Below, one piece after another: positions 27,394-37,206 of a stretch of 64,000 bases of DNA (the stretch's first letter is position 1; each line of letters opens with the position of its first letter). The DNA is taken from positions 1,024,001 to 1,088,000 of the forward strand of contig CAVZZO010000003.1 of NCBI GenBank assembly GCA_963779755.1, given 5' to 3'. The notes beneath the pieces are model-generated. The model was given only the letters and a program-made list of their open reading frames with translations, made no database searches and was not told the origin of the DNA. Position numbers and translations under genes: made by a program. Source of the DNA: an uncultured Gemmatimonadales bacterium (lineage in GTDB: Bacteria > Gemmatimonadota > Gemmatimonadetes > Gemmatimonadales > GWC2-71-9).

Positions 27394-28289
27394 GCACCAC
27401 CGCCGCCGAGCCGGCCCGGCCGGCGCTGCGCCGCCCCGGGGCGCGAGACCTGAACAGGCTCGCGCCCCATCTCGTGACCGCGCTCGCCTTCGCCCTGCTC
27501 TTTGCCCGCCCCTTTGCGCTCCTGGTGCGCGACTGGCTGCACGATCCCGATGCCGGCCATGGCCTGCTGCTCTTCCCCCTGGCGCTCTGGCTCGCCTGGC
27601 GGACCGGCATCCGGCCGGACCCGCGCCCCGCCCGCTGGCTGGGCCTCACCGTGCTGGCGGGTGCGGTGCTGCTTCGCTACCTCTCCGGACTGGCGGCGGA
27701 GCTGTTCACCATGCGGCTCTCGATGATCGCGGCCCTGGCCGGGCTGGTCATACTCACCTGGGGGTTCCGGCAGCTGGTCCGCTGGTGGCTGCCCTTCACC
27801 CTTCTGGTGCTCTCCATCCCGATCCCGGCGATTCTCACCAACAGCCTGGCCTTTCCGCTGCAACTCAAGGCCTCTGCCATGGGGGCCGCCCTGCTGGAGT
27901 TCCGTCATGTGCCGGTGCGGCTCATGGGCAACGTCATCCTGCTGCCGGGACGGCAACTCTTCGTCACCGAAGCCTGCAGCGGGCTTCGCTCGCTGACCGC
28001 CCTGCTCAGTCTCGGCGTGCTGGTGGGCGGGCTGTGGCTGCGCTGGCCGCTGAGCCGGATCCTGCTGCTGGCCATCACGCTGCCGGTGGCGGTGCTCATC
28101 AACGCCTTCCGCGTCTTCGTCACCGGCTTCCTGGTTTATCAGGTCTCACCCGGGCTGGGCGAGGGATTCATGCACCTGAGCGAGGGGTGGCTCATGTTCG
28201 TAGTCGCCTTCGGCATCCTGGCACTCGCCGCCTGGGGCATGCGGGCGGTGGAGGTGCGGGTCCGCCGCCGGAGCAGGCGCGATGGCTGA
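27390..28289 (+). CDS. Exosortase (EpsH/Xrt family)
   Basis: Multi-TM; catalytic Cys in VTEACSGLRSL, Arg in NAFRV, His in FMHLSEG. Confidence 0.9.
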   Translation: MSTTAAEPARPALRRPGARDLNRLAPHLVTALAFALLFARPFALLVRDWLHDPDAGHGLLLFPLALWLAWRTGIRPDPRPARWLGLTVLAGAVLLRYLSGLAAELFTMRLSMIAALAGLVILTWGFRQLVRWWLPFTLLVLSIPIPAILTNSLAFPLQLKASAMGAALLEFRHVPVRLMGNVILLPGRQLFVTEACSGLRSLTALLSLGVLVGGLWLRWPLSRILLLAITLPVAVLINAFRVFVTGFLVYQVSPGLGEGFMHLSEGWLMFVVAFGILALAAWGMRAVEVRVRRRSRRDG

Positions 28290-28920
28290 CCGGAGCCGGT
28301 GGCTTCCCGCGCTGATCCTGGGCACCGGCTGCGGCCTCCTGCTGCTGGTGAACCGGCAGCAGGCGATGCCGCTGCGCGCTCCCCTCGGCACCCTGCCCGC
28401 CCGGGTCGACGGCTACCCCGGCGTGGATGAGCAGATCGCCCCGGGAGAACAGGCCGTCGCCGGCATGGACCGTTACCTGCTCCGCAGCTACGGCAGCGAT
28501 TCGGCCCTGGCGTTTTCCCTCTATGTGGGCTACTACAATCACCAGACGCAGGGGCGCACCATTCACTCCCCCAAGAACTGCCTGCCGGGTGCCGGCTGGG
28601 AAGCCCTGCAGGCGTCGACCCTGCCGGTGGAGACGACGGCCGGACACCGGGTGACGGTGAACCGCTACCTGCTGCAGAACAACAACCAGCGAGCCCTGGT
28701 GCTTTACTGGTACCAGGGACGCGGCCGGGTAGCCGCCAGCGAGTACCGCGTCAAATGGGAGCTGTTGCGCGATGCGGCGCTCCGGGGCCGGAGCGAGGAG
28801 GCGCTGGTCCGCATCGTGGTGCCGCTGGATCGGGCCGGCGACGTCACCGCGGCCGAACGGCTGGCCGCCAGCGTCGCCGGCCAGGTGATCCCGGATCTGT
28901 ACCGGGTCCTGCCGGCGTAG
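28282..28920 (+). CDS. epsI: EpsI family exosortase-associated protein
   Basis: SLYVGYY, IHSPKNCLPGAGW, VLYWYQGRGR, ALVRI; overlaps the exosortase stop. Confidence 0.88.
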   Translation: MADRSRWLPALILGTGCGLLLLVNRQQAMPLRAPLGTLPARVDGYPGVDEQIAPGEQAVAGMDRYLLRSYGSDSALAFSLYVGYYNHQTQGRTIHSPKNCLPGAGWEALQASTLPVETTAGHRVTVNRYLLQNNNQRALVLYWYQGRGRVAASEYRVKWELLRDAALRGRSEEALVRIVVPLDRAGDVTAAERLAASVAGQVIPDLYRVLPA

Positions 28921-28941
28921 GGCGCCGGGCGTCGCCGTGCC

Positions 28942-30108
28942 CTAGGCCGGCCGCCTGGTCGGCTCCCAGATCGGGTTCCTCTCTCCCCGCAGGGCCTTGA
29001 CCCAGGCCAGAAATCCCGCCGCATTCGCCAGCACAAAAAACCCACAGAGCGCGAGCGGACGGGGCAAGGGGCGGGTCTCCGGCCGGCGAAGCGCGGTGAC
29101 GCCGAGGGCGGTGACCAGCATCGCCCCGGCGGCGGCCACGGCCGCCAGCGGATAGTGGAAGCTCAGCAGTACCAGCCCCACCATGGCCCCCGGACCGGTA
29201 AGGAGCACCAGCCAGCGGCAGAGCTTGTGACTGAAGAGCATCCAGGCGAACAGGCCATACCGCAGCGGGTTCAGCAGGTGCCGCTTGTACCAGAGGGTAT
29301 CCAGGCCCCGCGCCATGGTCCGCGTTTTCCGCCGGTATTCGGCCTGCAGCGAGCGGGCGCGCGGCACCAGACAGACGGCCTCGTCCACCGATACCGCCCG
29401 GAGCCCGTGCTCCCGGCCGATCAGCGCGGAGGCAAAGTCCCGGCTCAACGCGTCGGGGAACAGGTGTTCGTGCAGGCTCCGCCGGATGGCGTAGAAACAG
29501 CCGCTTGCCCCCACGATGGACGCCACCCGCGTCTCCAGGGCACGCACGCGCATCTCGTACCCGACATAGCTCGACTCGCCGCGGTTCGCCTCCGCCTCCA
29601 GCGATCCCACGCTCACGTCGCGCCCCGACGCCACGCCGATGGACGGGTCCTGGAACACCCGGATGAGCGGCTTCAACGACCCGGGCAGGATGCGGATAGT
29701 GGCATCGGTATTCACCACGATCTCGCCCCGCAGCCGCGAGGCGGCGAAATTTTCGGCCGCCGTCTTCCCGCCCCGGGCCGGAAGCCGCAGGAGGACCACG
29801 CCCCGGTCGGCATAGCCGCGCACCACCTCGTCGGTCCCGTCGGTCGAGGCGTCCGAGATAACCACCACCTCCCGCCGGTCCGCGGGATAGTCGAGGGCGA
29901 GGAGGCTGTCGATGGCGCGACCGATGGACGCTTCCTCGTTATAGGCGGGCAGGCTGAGACTGATGAAAGGCCAGGAATCGGGCTCCGGGGCCGAAGCCGG
30001 CGCCCGGCGGGCCAGCCCGACCAGCCAGAGCAACGCCGGATAGACCGCGTAGGCGTATACGAACAGGGCGACGGGTAGCGCAATCAGAATCCAGCCGAGC
30101 ACGATCAT
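28942..30108 (-). CDS. GT2 glycosyltransferase with TM helices
   Basis: PAYNEE, SDASTDGT, GGKTAAEN, GASGCFYAIRR, SHKLCRW. Confidence 0.88.
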   Translation of the reverse strand: MIVLGWILIALPVALFVYAYAVYPALLWLVGLARRAPASAPEPDSWPFISLSLPAYNEEASIGRAIDSLLALDYPADRREVVVISDASTDGTDEVVRGYADRGVVLLRLPARGGKTAAENFAASRLRGEIVVNTDATIRILPGSLKPLIRVFQDPSIGVASGRDVSVGSLEAEANRGESSYVGYEMRVRALETRVASIVGASGCFYAIRRSLHEHLFPDALSRDFASALIGREHGLRAVSVDEAVCLVPRARSLQAEYRRKTRTMARGLDTLWYKRHLLNPLRYGLFAWMLFSHKLCRWLVLLTGPGAMVGLVLLSFHYPLAAVAAAGAMLVTALGVTALRRPETRPLPRPLALCGFFVLANAAGFLAWVKALRGERNPIWEPTRRPA

Positions 30109-31244
30109 GGTGCAGCCTGCTCCGGTCTCGGGGTGTGCAGGGAAGCGTAAAGCTGGAGGTAACGAGCCACCCAGGGGCCGGCGGCGAACTCGCGGTCCAG
30201 ACGGTCCCGTGCCGCGAGCGCGCGCTGCTCCGCGCCGCGCGGGTCGTTCAGGATGGAGCGGATCCCCGCCGCCAGATCATCCGGGTCTTCGCCCCCTACC
30301 AGAATCGCCTCGCCGGGTCCGACGACATCCGGCACGCCTCCGACCCGCGCGGCGACCACCGGCACTCGCGCGGCCATGGCCTCGAACAGGCAGATGGGTG
30401 TGCCCTCGGTCCGGCTGCTCAGCACGAACAGGTCGAAGGCCCTGTAGAAGCGGTGCGCCGCCGGGATCACTCCATGAAACCGTACCCGGTCCTCGAGCCC
30501 CAGGGCGCGGCAGCGCGCCTCCAGCAGCGGCTGCTCGCGGCCCGCTCCCAGCACCGAAACCCGGAGCGACGGCTCGCCCAGCCGGGACACCGCATCCAGC
30601 AGGATATCGGCTCCCTTCTCCCGGGTCAGGCGCCCCACCCAGCCGAGTACCAGGCCGGCGGAGTCGAGACCAAGCTCCCGGCGCGCGTTGTCCCGGTCGA
30701 ATACCCGCGCATCGGCCTGGTCCCAGGCGTTGGGGATGCGGTGCAGCCGGCCGGGGGCCACGCCGGCCCGCCGGAGCCGGTCGAACAAGGGGCTCGATAC
30801 CGCCACCACCGCCGAGAACCGGCGCCAGGCGCGCAGCTGCAGCCACTCATACAGCCGGTTCTTCCAGCCGCCGCCGGTAAACCCGTGAGCCGTGCTGACC
30901 GTCGGCAGGCGGAGCCGGCGGGCCGCGCGACCGGCCAGCACGTCGGACCGGTATCCGTGCGTGTGGACCACTTCGGGAGCCAGCCGGTCGAAAATCGCGC
31001 TCAGCACGCCCACCTCGCGCCGGTAGGATCGACCCGGCAGCGGCAGAACCAGCAGCTCGATTCCCGCTTCCCGCAGCGCACGGTGGAAAGGATGCGCGGG
31101 ATCCTCCCGCTCCACCACCGAAACGACCGCCACCCTCCGGCCGGCGCGGCGTTGCCCCGCCGCCAGGCTGAGCACCACACTCTCCAGGCCGCCCACCGGA
31201 CCGGGCGTCACCGCGTGTACAATGGGCGGGGCCGAGGATTCCAT
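30105..31244 (-). CDS. GT4 glycosyltransferase
   Basis: GGLESVV, VVHTHG, VGRLTREKG, SRTEGTPICLFEAMA, VGGVPDVV. Confidence 0.9.
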   Translation of the reverse strand: MESSAPPIVHAVTPGPVGGLESVVLSLAAGQRRAGRRVAVVSVVEREDPAHPFHRALREAGIELLVLPLPGRSYRREVGVLSAIFDRLAPEVVHTHGYRSDVLAGRAARRLRLPTVSTAHGFTGGGWKNRLYEWLQLRAWRRFSAVVAVSSPLFDRLRRAGVAPGRLHRIPNAWDQADARVFDRDNARRELGLDSAGLVLGWVGRLTREKGADILLDAVSRLGEPSLRVSVLGAGREQPLLEARCRALGLEDRVRFHGVIPAAHRFYRAFDLFVLSSRTEGTPICLFEAMAARVPVVAARVGGVPDVVGPGEAILVGGEDPDDLAAGIRSILNDPRGAEQRALAARDRLDREFAAGPWVARYLQLYASLHTPRPEQAAP

Positions 31245-31277
31245 GATGAAAGGCGCGGGTCGTCGGGGCCGCAACCC

Positions 31278-32003
31278 TCAGGGCCGCTCGGTCGAAGCCG
31301 GCGCCGGAGGACAGGTCAGGAAGTCTCCATCCGCCGCCAGGCCCGGCTCCTGGGGCACCAGCCGATACAGCACGGCCTCGATCCGCTGAAAGATACGCAG
31401 CGGCAGGGGAAAGCTGGCCCGGTCCCAGGTGCGAACCTTGATGGATCGAATGCTCGCGAGATTGGCCCCGGCGATGTCGGTAAAGTACTGGTCTCCGATC
31501 ATGACGGCCCGGCCCCGCGGGACATTGCCAAGCGAGGCCAGTACGCCGTCGAGATACTCCCCGCTGGGCTTCTTCACCGGCCGCAGCCCGTGGGCACCCG
31601 CCGGCCGGGGCGCACCGTTCCAGGTCTCCTGATGTTGGTACAGTCGCCGCAGCAGCATGCTGGTTCCTTCACGATAGGCCTTGAACACCGGCACGGCGGG
31701 AAAGATCTCGCCCAGGTCCCGGTAGCGATCCTCGCCACAGTTGGACACGATGGCGTGGCGCGTGCCGGGCAGCGACCTGAGGCGCTCCCACGCGCTCCGC
31801 AACTCTCCCGCCACCTCGCGGGCGTGATGGGACATCAGAGTGCCGTCCACATCCCAGAGGATCGCCTCCACCCCGGCCTCGCGGAGGCAGTCGGGATCCA
31901 GTGCGCGGATATCGTCCCGGCTCGCCGTCGGCCGGAGACGCCGGACCAGCCGGAAGAAGTCCGGGAGGGCTTGCCGGGTGGTAACGATCCAGTCGCTTCT
32001 CAC
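31278..32003 (-). CDS. HAD phosphatase (YqeG/PGP-phosphatase-like, IIIA)
   Basis: WDVDGTL, IVSN, KKPS, VMIGDQYFTDIAGAN. Confidence 0.8.
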   Translation of the reverse strand: MRSDWIVTTRQALPDFFRLVRRLRPTASRDDIRALDPDCLREAGVEAILWDVDGTLMSHHAREVAGELRSAWERLRSLPGTRHAIVSNCGEDRYRDLGEIFPAVPVFKAYREGTSMLLRRLYQHQETWNGAPRPAGAHGLRPVKKPSGEYLDGVLASLGNVPRGRAVMIGDQYFTDIAGANLASIRSIKVRTWDRASFPLPLRIFQRIEAVLYRLVPQEPGLAADGDFLTCPPAPASTERP

Positions 32004-32281
32004 CGGCGCCCCCGGCCTCCACCCCTTGCCTGGGCGTGGCTCCCCAGCAACACTTGTGGCACCTCCGGGCCTCCTTCCGGTTTGGCGGGACCGCTCCGTC
32101 GGCGCAAGTCCCTGGTGCTGTTGACGTTTCGGGATGCAGCGGTGGTACCATACCTGCTGGCCCGTTGCCGCGGCTCAAACGTAACCCGGTCAAGCCACTT
32201 CAACGCGACTATGCCGGCGGGAGACCGTCCCGGCGGCCGTCCGGCGGGCAGGTATCGAACAGCCATGACATCATCTTGCCA

Positions 32282-32297
32282 TGGTGTATCTCCTGCA
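32282..32297 (+). promoter_or_regulatory. Sigma54 -24/-12 promoter candidate
   Basis: TGGTGTATCTCCTGCA = GG-N10-GC, 27 bp before the ATG at 32324. Confidence 0.45.
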
Positions 32298-32323
32298 ACA
32301 GCCTGTCATCCGGGGACCGATCC

Positions 32324-34135
32324 ATGCCGGTGGACCACGCCAGAAGCCTGAAGGAGGCCACCGCATCGCCGCACCCGCTGCTGCTGGCCCTCTGGCTGGC
32401 GCTCAGCGCGGGTCTCCTGGAGGCGTGCGTCCGGCTGACCCAGCGACTGGTGTTTCACCGTGTCACGCTGGTGAGTCCCCATATCATCTGGATGGCGCCG
32501 CTGGCGGATCTGGTCTGGCTGCTCGGCCCGATCCTGCTGCTCACACTCCTCATGGCCTGGATGCCGCGTCTGCGGGAACATCCCCTGGTGACAGCCGTGC
32601 CGGTATTCGTGGCCGTGCTCAGTCTGATTCTGCTCGTCACCAGCATGCAGAAGGGGGTGGCGCTATTTCTGGCGGCGGCGCTGGCCATCCAGGCAAGCCG
32701 GCTGATCCGGCGCCACCCGGAAGGGGCCCGAAGGATCATCCGGAAGACGCTCCCCTTTCTGCTCGTGTTGCCGGTCCTGGGCGGAGTCGGGCTCTGGGCC
32801 GGCCGCAGTTGGCAGGAGCATCGCGCGCTGAGCCGGCTGGGGCCGGCGGCTCCTGGCGCCCCCAATGTGCTGCTCATCATCTGGGACACGGTGCGGGACC
32901 AGAACGTGAGCCTGGCAGGCTACGAGCGGCCGACCACGCCGGAGCTGGCCCGGACCGCCGCAGCGGGCGCCCACTTCACGATGGCATTCGCTACCGCGCC
33001 GTGGACGCTGCCGTCGCACGCGAGCATGTTCACCGGCCAGCGGCCGCTGCTCACCGGCACGACCATGAAGGGGCCGCTCAACGACCGGTATCCCACCCTG
33101 GCCGGCGTGCTGGGCCGGCACGGATACCGCACGGGCGGATTCGTGGCGAATACCTACTACGCCACCCGGGAGCACGGGCTTGACCGCGGCTTCCAGCATT
33201 ACGAGGACTACCGCCTCACCTCCCTGGGCACCGCACTCATCGCGTCGCAGCTGGGCTCGGTGCTGCTGGACCAGGATTGGGTCCGGCGGCTGGTGGGCTA
33301 CTGGAACCTGCCCGGGCGGAAGACCGCCGCTCGGGTCAACCGCGATTTCCTGCGCTGGGCCGGCCGCGGCGAGCGGCCGTTCTTCGCATTCCTGAACTAC
33401 CTGGACGCGCACCAACCCTACCTGCCGCCGGCCCCGTGGCAGGAGAAAATGGGGGCTCTGCCGAACCCGGGATTTCACCCCCGGACGCGGCACGCCACGG
33501 TGAACCAGATGACGCCGGCGGAGATTGCCTGGTCCGAGCGGACATACGACGCCGCCATCGCGTACGAAGACCACGAAACGGCGCAGCTGCTGGAGGCGCT
33601 GCGCCGGCGCGGGCTGCTGGACGGCACCCTGGTGATCATCGCGTCCGATCATGGCGAGCATTTCGGCGAGCACGGCCGCATTGCCCACATGAACAGCATG
33701 TACCGACAGCTGCTGCAGGTTCCGCTGGTGATCCGCTACCCGGCCGCGGTACCCGCCGGCGTCACAGTCACCGCGCCGGTGAGCCTGGGCGACCTGCCCA
33801 GCACCATTCTGGATCTCGCCGTGATCCGGGATAGCGTCTTCCCCGGCCGCTCGCTGGCGCGTTTCTGGGGCCAGACGCCGGCCGACCCGGACTCGGTGAT
33901 CTTCTCCGAGATGGGCAACCCCTATCCGCCGCTCGCGATCTCCCTGGTGGCCGGCGGGTACCACTATGTGAAATGGTTCAATGCTCCGCCCGAGCTGTAC
34001 AACCTGGCGGCCGATCCGCAGGAGCAGGACAACCTGGCGGCGCAAGACAGCTCAGCGGTGCAGGCATTCGGGCCGATCGTCCGGCGGCTGGAGCAGCCGG
34101 CGCGGATCAGAGCGAACGGAGCGGCTGCCCCCTGA
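32324..34135 (+). CDS. Membrane-anchored sulfatase-like (alkaline phosphatase superfamily) hydrolase/transferase 1
   Basis: About 5 N-terminal TM helices; PNVLLIIWDTVR, TAPWTLPSHASMFTG, NYLDAHQPY, SDHGEHFGEHG. Confidence 0.85.
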   Translation: MPVDHARSLKEATASPHPLLLALWLALSAGLLEACVRLTQRLVFHRVTLVSPHIIWMAPLADLVWLLGPILLLTLLMAWMPRLREHPLVTAVPVFVAVLSLILLVTSMQKGVALFLAAALAIQASRLIRRHPEGARRIIRKTLPFLLVLPVLGGVGLWAGRSWQEHRALSRLGPAAPGAPNVLLIIWDTVRDQNVSLAGYERPTTPELARTAAAGAHFTMAFATAPWTLPSHASMFTGQRPLLTGTTMKGPLNDRYPTLAGVLGRHGYRTGGFVANTYYATREHGLDRGFQHYEDYRLTSLGTALIASQLGSVLLDQDWVRRLVGYWNLPGRKTAARVNRDFLRWAGRGERPFFAFLNYLDAHQPYLPPAPWQEKMGALPNPGFHPRTRHATVNQMTPAEIAWSERTYDAAIAYEDHETAQLLEALRRRGLLDGTLVIIASDHGEHFGEHGRIAHMNSMYRQLLQVPLVIRYPAAVPAGVTVTAPVSLGDLPSTILDLAVIRDSVFPGRSLARFWGQTPADPDSVIFSEMGNPYPPLAISLVAGGYHYVKWFNAPPELYNLAADPQEQDNLAAQDSSAVQAFGPIVRRLEQPARIRANGAAAP

Positions 34136-34562
34136 ATTCCACCAGGGGCCCGGCCGGGACGCCGAGCCGGGGGGGCCCGATGGGCGAGCTGGATCACGGC
34201 GGGATGCCTGACGGCACTGCCATCATGGCCGCTCCGGCATCGTCCGGCGCCGATTCCGGAGCCGGGAGGCCAGGCCGATAGTTCCTGGCCGGCGGGTCGC
34301 TGGCACGATTCTGGATAGGGAACGGGACCGCCCGGGCGGCCGGGGGGGTCTTCGGACCTGGTGGCAGGGCGCAATCTCGGAAATCTGCCCGTCAAATTGC
34401 CCGGGTTATCATTACGTCACGTCGGGGGCCCCGGCAGGATCGGACGCCCAGGCTGTACGCCCCGACCGACAGCATGGAGACCACCGGCCAGGTTGCGGCC
34501 GGTGCGGACCGGTTCTACCGGTTCGCGGCCCGGACGATTCGCTCATGATCAGGGAGTGGGGA

Positions 34563-36423
34563 GTGACGCATATCGATGTGGCAGCCAGCGCCGAGGCCGC
34601 AGCCGCGGCGGAGACCGGCCCCGACGACCGCAAGGAACGCATGCACATCGTGATCGGCGGCCACGTGGATCACGGCAAGAGCACCATCATCGGCCGCCTC
34701 CTGGCCGACACCAACAGCCTGCCGGAGGGCAAGCTGGACCAGGTGCGGGCCTCCTGCGAGCGAAACGCCAAGCCGTTCGAATACGCCTTCCTGCTCGATG
34801 CCCTGAAGGACGAGCAGGCTCAGGGCATCACCATCGATGCGGCGCGGGTCTTCTTCAAGACCGGCAAGCGCGACTACATCATTCTGGACGCGCCGGGGCA
34901 TATCGAGTTTCTCAAGAACATGGTCACCGGCGCCTCGCGGGCGGAGGCGGCCCTTCTCGTCATCGACGCCAAGGAGGGCGTCCAGGAGAACTCCCGCCGC
35001 CACGGCTACATGATGTCCATGCTGGGCATTTCCCAGATGGCCGTGCTGGTGAACAAGATGGACCTGGTGGACTACTCCCGCGACGTGTTCGACCAGATCT
35101 CGCGCGAGTACCGCGCGCTTCCTGGAACAACTCGGCATGGAGCCTGCCGCCATCATACCCGTGAGCGGCCGGCACGGCGAGAACATCGCGTCGCAGGCCG
35201 AGGCGATGGGATGGTATCAGGGGCCCACCGTCCTGGACCTCCTGGATCGCTTCACCACCGAGCCCGCTCCGGTCGAGGCGCCATTCCGCATGCCGGTGCA
35301 GGGCGTGTACAAGTTCACCGCCCAGGGCGACGACCGGCGGATCATCGCCGGGACCGTCGAGACCGGCCGCATCGCGGCGGGGGACGAGGTGGTGTTCTTC
35401 CCCTCCGGCAAGAAGAGCCGGGTCCAGAGCATCGAAGCCTTCAACCGGCCCCCTCAGACCCGGGCGGAAGCCGGTATGGCCACGGGGTTCACTCTGGCCG
35501 AGCAGATCTATGTGAGCCGGGGAGAGATCGCGGCCCTGGCCGCACAGGCACGGCCGCGAGTGACCACCCGGCTGCGGGTGAATCTCTTCTGGCTGGGCAA
35601 GCGGCCGCTCAGCAAGCAGCGGGAGTACGCGCTGAAGCTGGGAACCGCCCGGGTCAGCATGCGGCTGGAGGAGGTGCACCGGGTGATCGACGCATCCACC
35701 CTGGATGCGCAGGAGCAGAAGCAGCAGATCGACCGGCACGATGTGGCCGACTGCACTCTGAAGCTCAACCGGGCTATCGCCTTCGACCTGGCCGACGAGA
35801 TCGCCGCCACCAGCCGCTTCGTGGTGGTGGACGATTTCGAGATCCGCGGCGGCGGGATCGTGCGCGAGGCGCTGCCCGACCGGCAGACCTGGGTGCGCGA
35901 CAAGGTCCTGCTGCGGAATCTCAAGTGGGAGCCCAGCAATATCCAGGGCGAACGGCGGGCCGAGAAATACAACCAGCGCGCTGCCCTCCTCCTCGTCACC
36001 GGCGATGTCGAAACCGACCGGAAGGCGCTGGCCAAGGGCCTGGAGTCCCGCCTCTTCGAGGACGGCAAGGTGGTCTACTACCTCGGCATCGGCAACGTGC
36101 TCTATGGCGTGGACGCCGACATCGAGCGCAGCCACGAAAACCGCCTGGAACACCTGCGGCGCCTGGCCGAAGTGGCCAACATCCTGCTGGATGCCGGGGT
36201 AATCCTGGTGGTCACCGCCTCGGAGCTGACGCAGGAGGATATCGAGCTCATCAAGACCACCGTAGACCCGGATCGGATCGAGACCATCTGGGTCGGTGAG
36301 CGGGTCACCACCGACCTCTCGCCCGACGTCGTCCTGACCGACAGCGCGGAGCAGGAGGGCGACCGGGTGGAGCGGATCAAGCGGCTGCTGCAGGAGAAGG
36401 GCGTGATCTACCGGCCATGGTGA
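34563..36423 (+). CDS. cysN: Sulfate adenylyltransferase subunit 1 with degenerate APS-kinase-like C-terminal domain; +1 frameshift near 35118
   Basis: [27 protein letters not shown] in the first frame; [21 protein letters not shown] in the second. Removing one base from CGCGCGCTTCCTG restores ...[12 protein letters not shown]. Confidence 0.85.
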
Positions 36424-37202
36424 GCGGCGAGATGGCGGCCCCGGCCCTGACGCCCGCGACCCTGGAGCAGCTGGTCGGCCTGGCGCATCGCGCCGGCGAA
36501 GCCATCATGGCGCACTATCACGAGGGGACCACGGCGGAACAGAAAGCCGACCGGAGCCCCATCACCGCCGCCGACCGCGACGCGCACCGGGTCATCGTGG
36601 GCGCACTGGAAGCCTGGTACCCCGGCGTCCCGGTGGTGTCGGAAGAAGGCAACATCCCGGGGCCCGGGGAGCGGGCCGGCTGGAACCGCTTCTGGCTGGT
36701 GGACCCGCTGGACGGCACCAAGGAGTTCCTGCACCGGAACGGCGAGTTCACCGTGAACATCGCGCTCATCGAGCAGGGCGAACCGGTGCTGGGCGTGGTC
36801 CATGCGCCCGCCATCGGCCGGACCTGGTACGCCGCCCGGGGGCTCGGCGCCTGGCGCCAGGAGGGCGGCAGCGCGCCGGTGCGGATCGAATCGCGCCCGC
36901 CCGAGCCCGGCCGGCCGCTCACCGTGGTGGAGAGCCGCTCGCATCCCTCGGCGGCACTGGAGGAATACCTTGCTACCCTCAACGTGGGGCGGCGGGTGCA
37001 GGCGGGCAGCTCGCTCAAGTTCTGCTGGGTGGCCGAGGGCCGGGCCGACATCTATCCCCGTCTGGGGCCCACCATGGAGTGGGATGTGGCGGCGGGCGAT
37101 TGCGTATTTCGCAACAGCGGCGAGGATGAGCCGCGACGCTCCCCGCTGCGGTATAACGCACCGGAGCTCAGGAACAACGGGTTTGTGATCGGGTTGGAAT
37201 AG
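36417..37202 (+). CDS. cysQ: 3'(2'),5'-bisphosphate nucleotidase
   Basis: KADRSPITAAD, VVSEE, WLVDPLDGTKEF, GEFTVNIAL, GSSLKFC, PTMEWDVAAG. Confidence 0.93.
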   Translation: MVSGEMAAPALTPATLEQLVGLAHRAGEAIMAHYHEGTTAEQKADRSPITAADRDAHRVIVGALEAWYPGVPVVSEEGNIPGPGERAGWNRFWLVDPLDGTKEFLHRNGEFTVNIALIEQGEPVLGVVHAPAIGRTWYAARGLGAWRQEGGSAPVRIESRPPEPGRPLTVVESRSHPSAALEEYLATLNVGRRVQAGSSLKFCWVAEGRADIYPRLGPTMEWDVAAGDCVFRNSGEDEPRRSPLRYNAPELRNNGFVIGLE

Positions 37203-37206
37203 AGAA

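Noticed and set aside
34301..34316. Sigma54 promoter TGGCACGATTCTGGAT upstream of cysN
   Set aside because: The -24 element is perfect but -12 reads GA instead of GC, and no palindrome was found upstream.
35105..35130. Programmed ribosomal frameshift in cysN
   Set aside because: No slippery heptamer; a single-base indel explains it.
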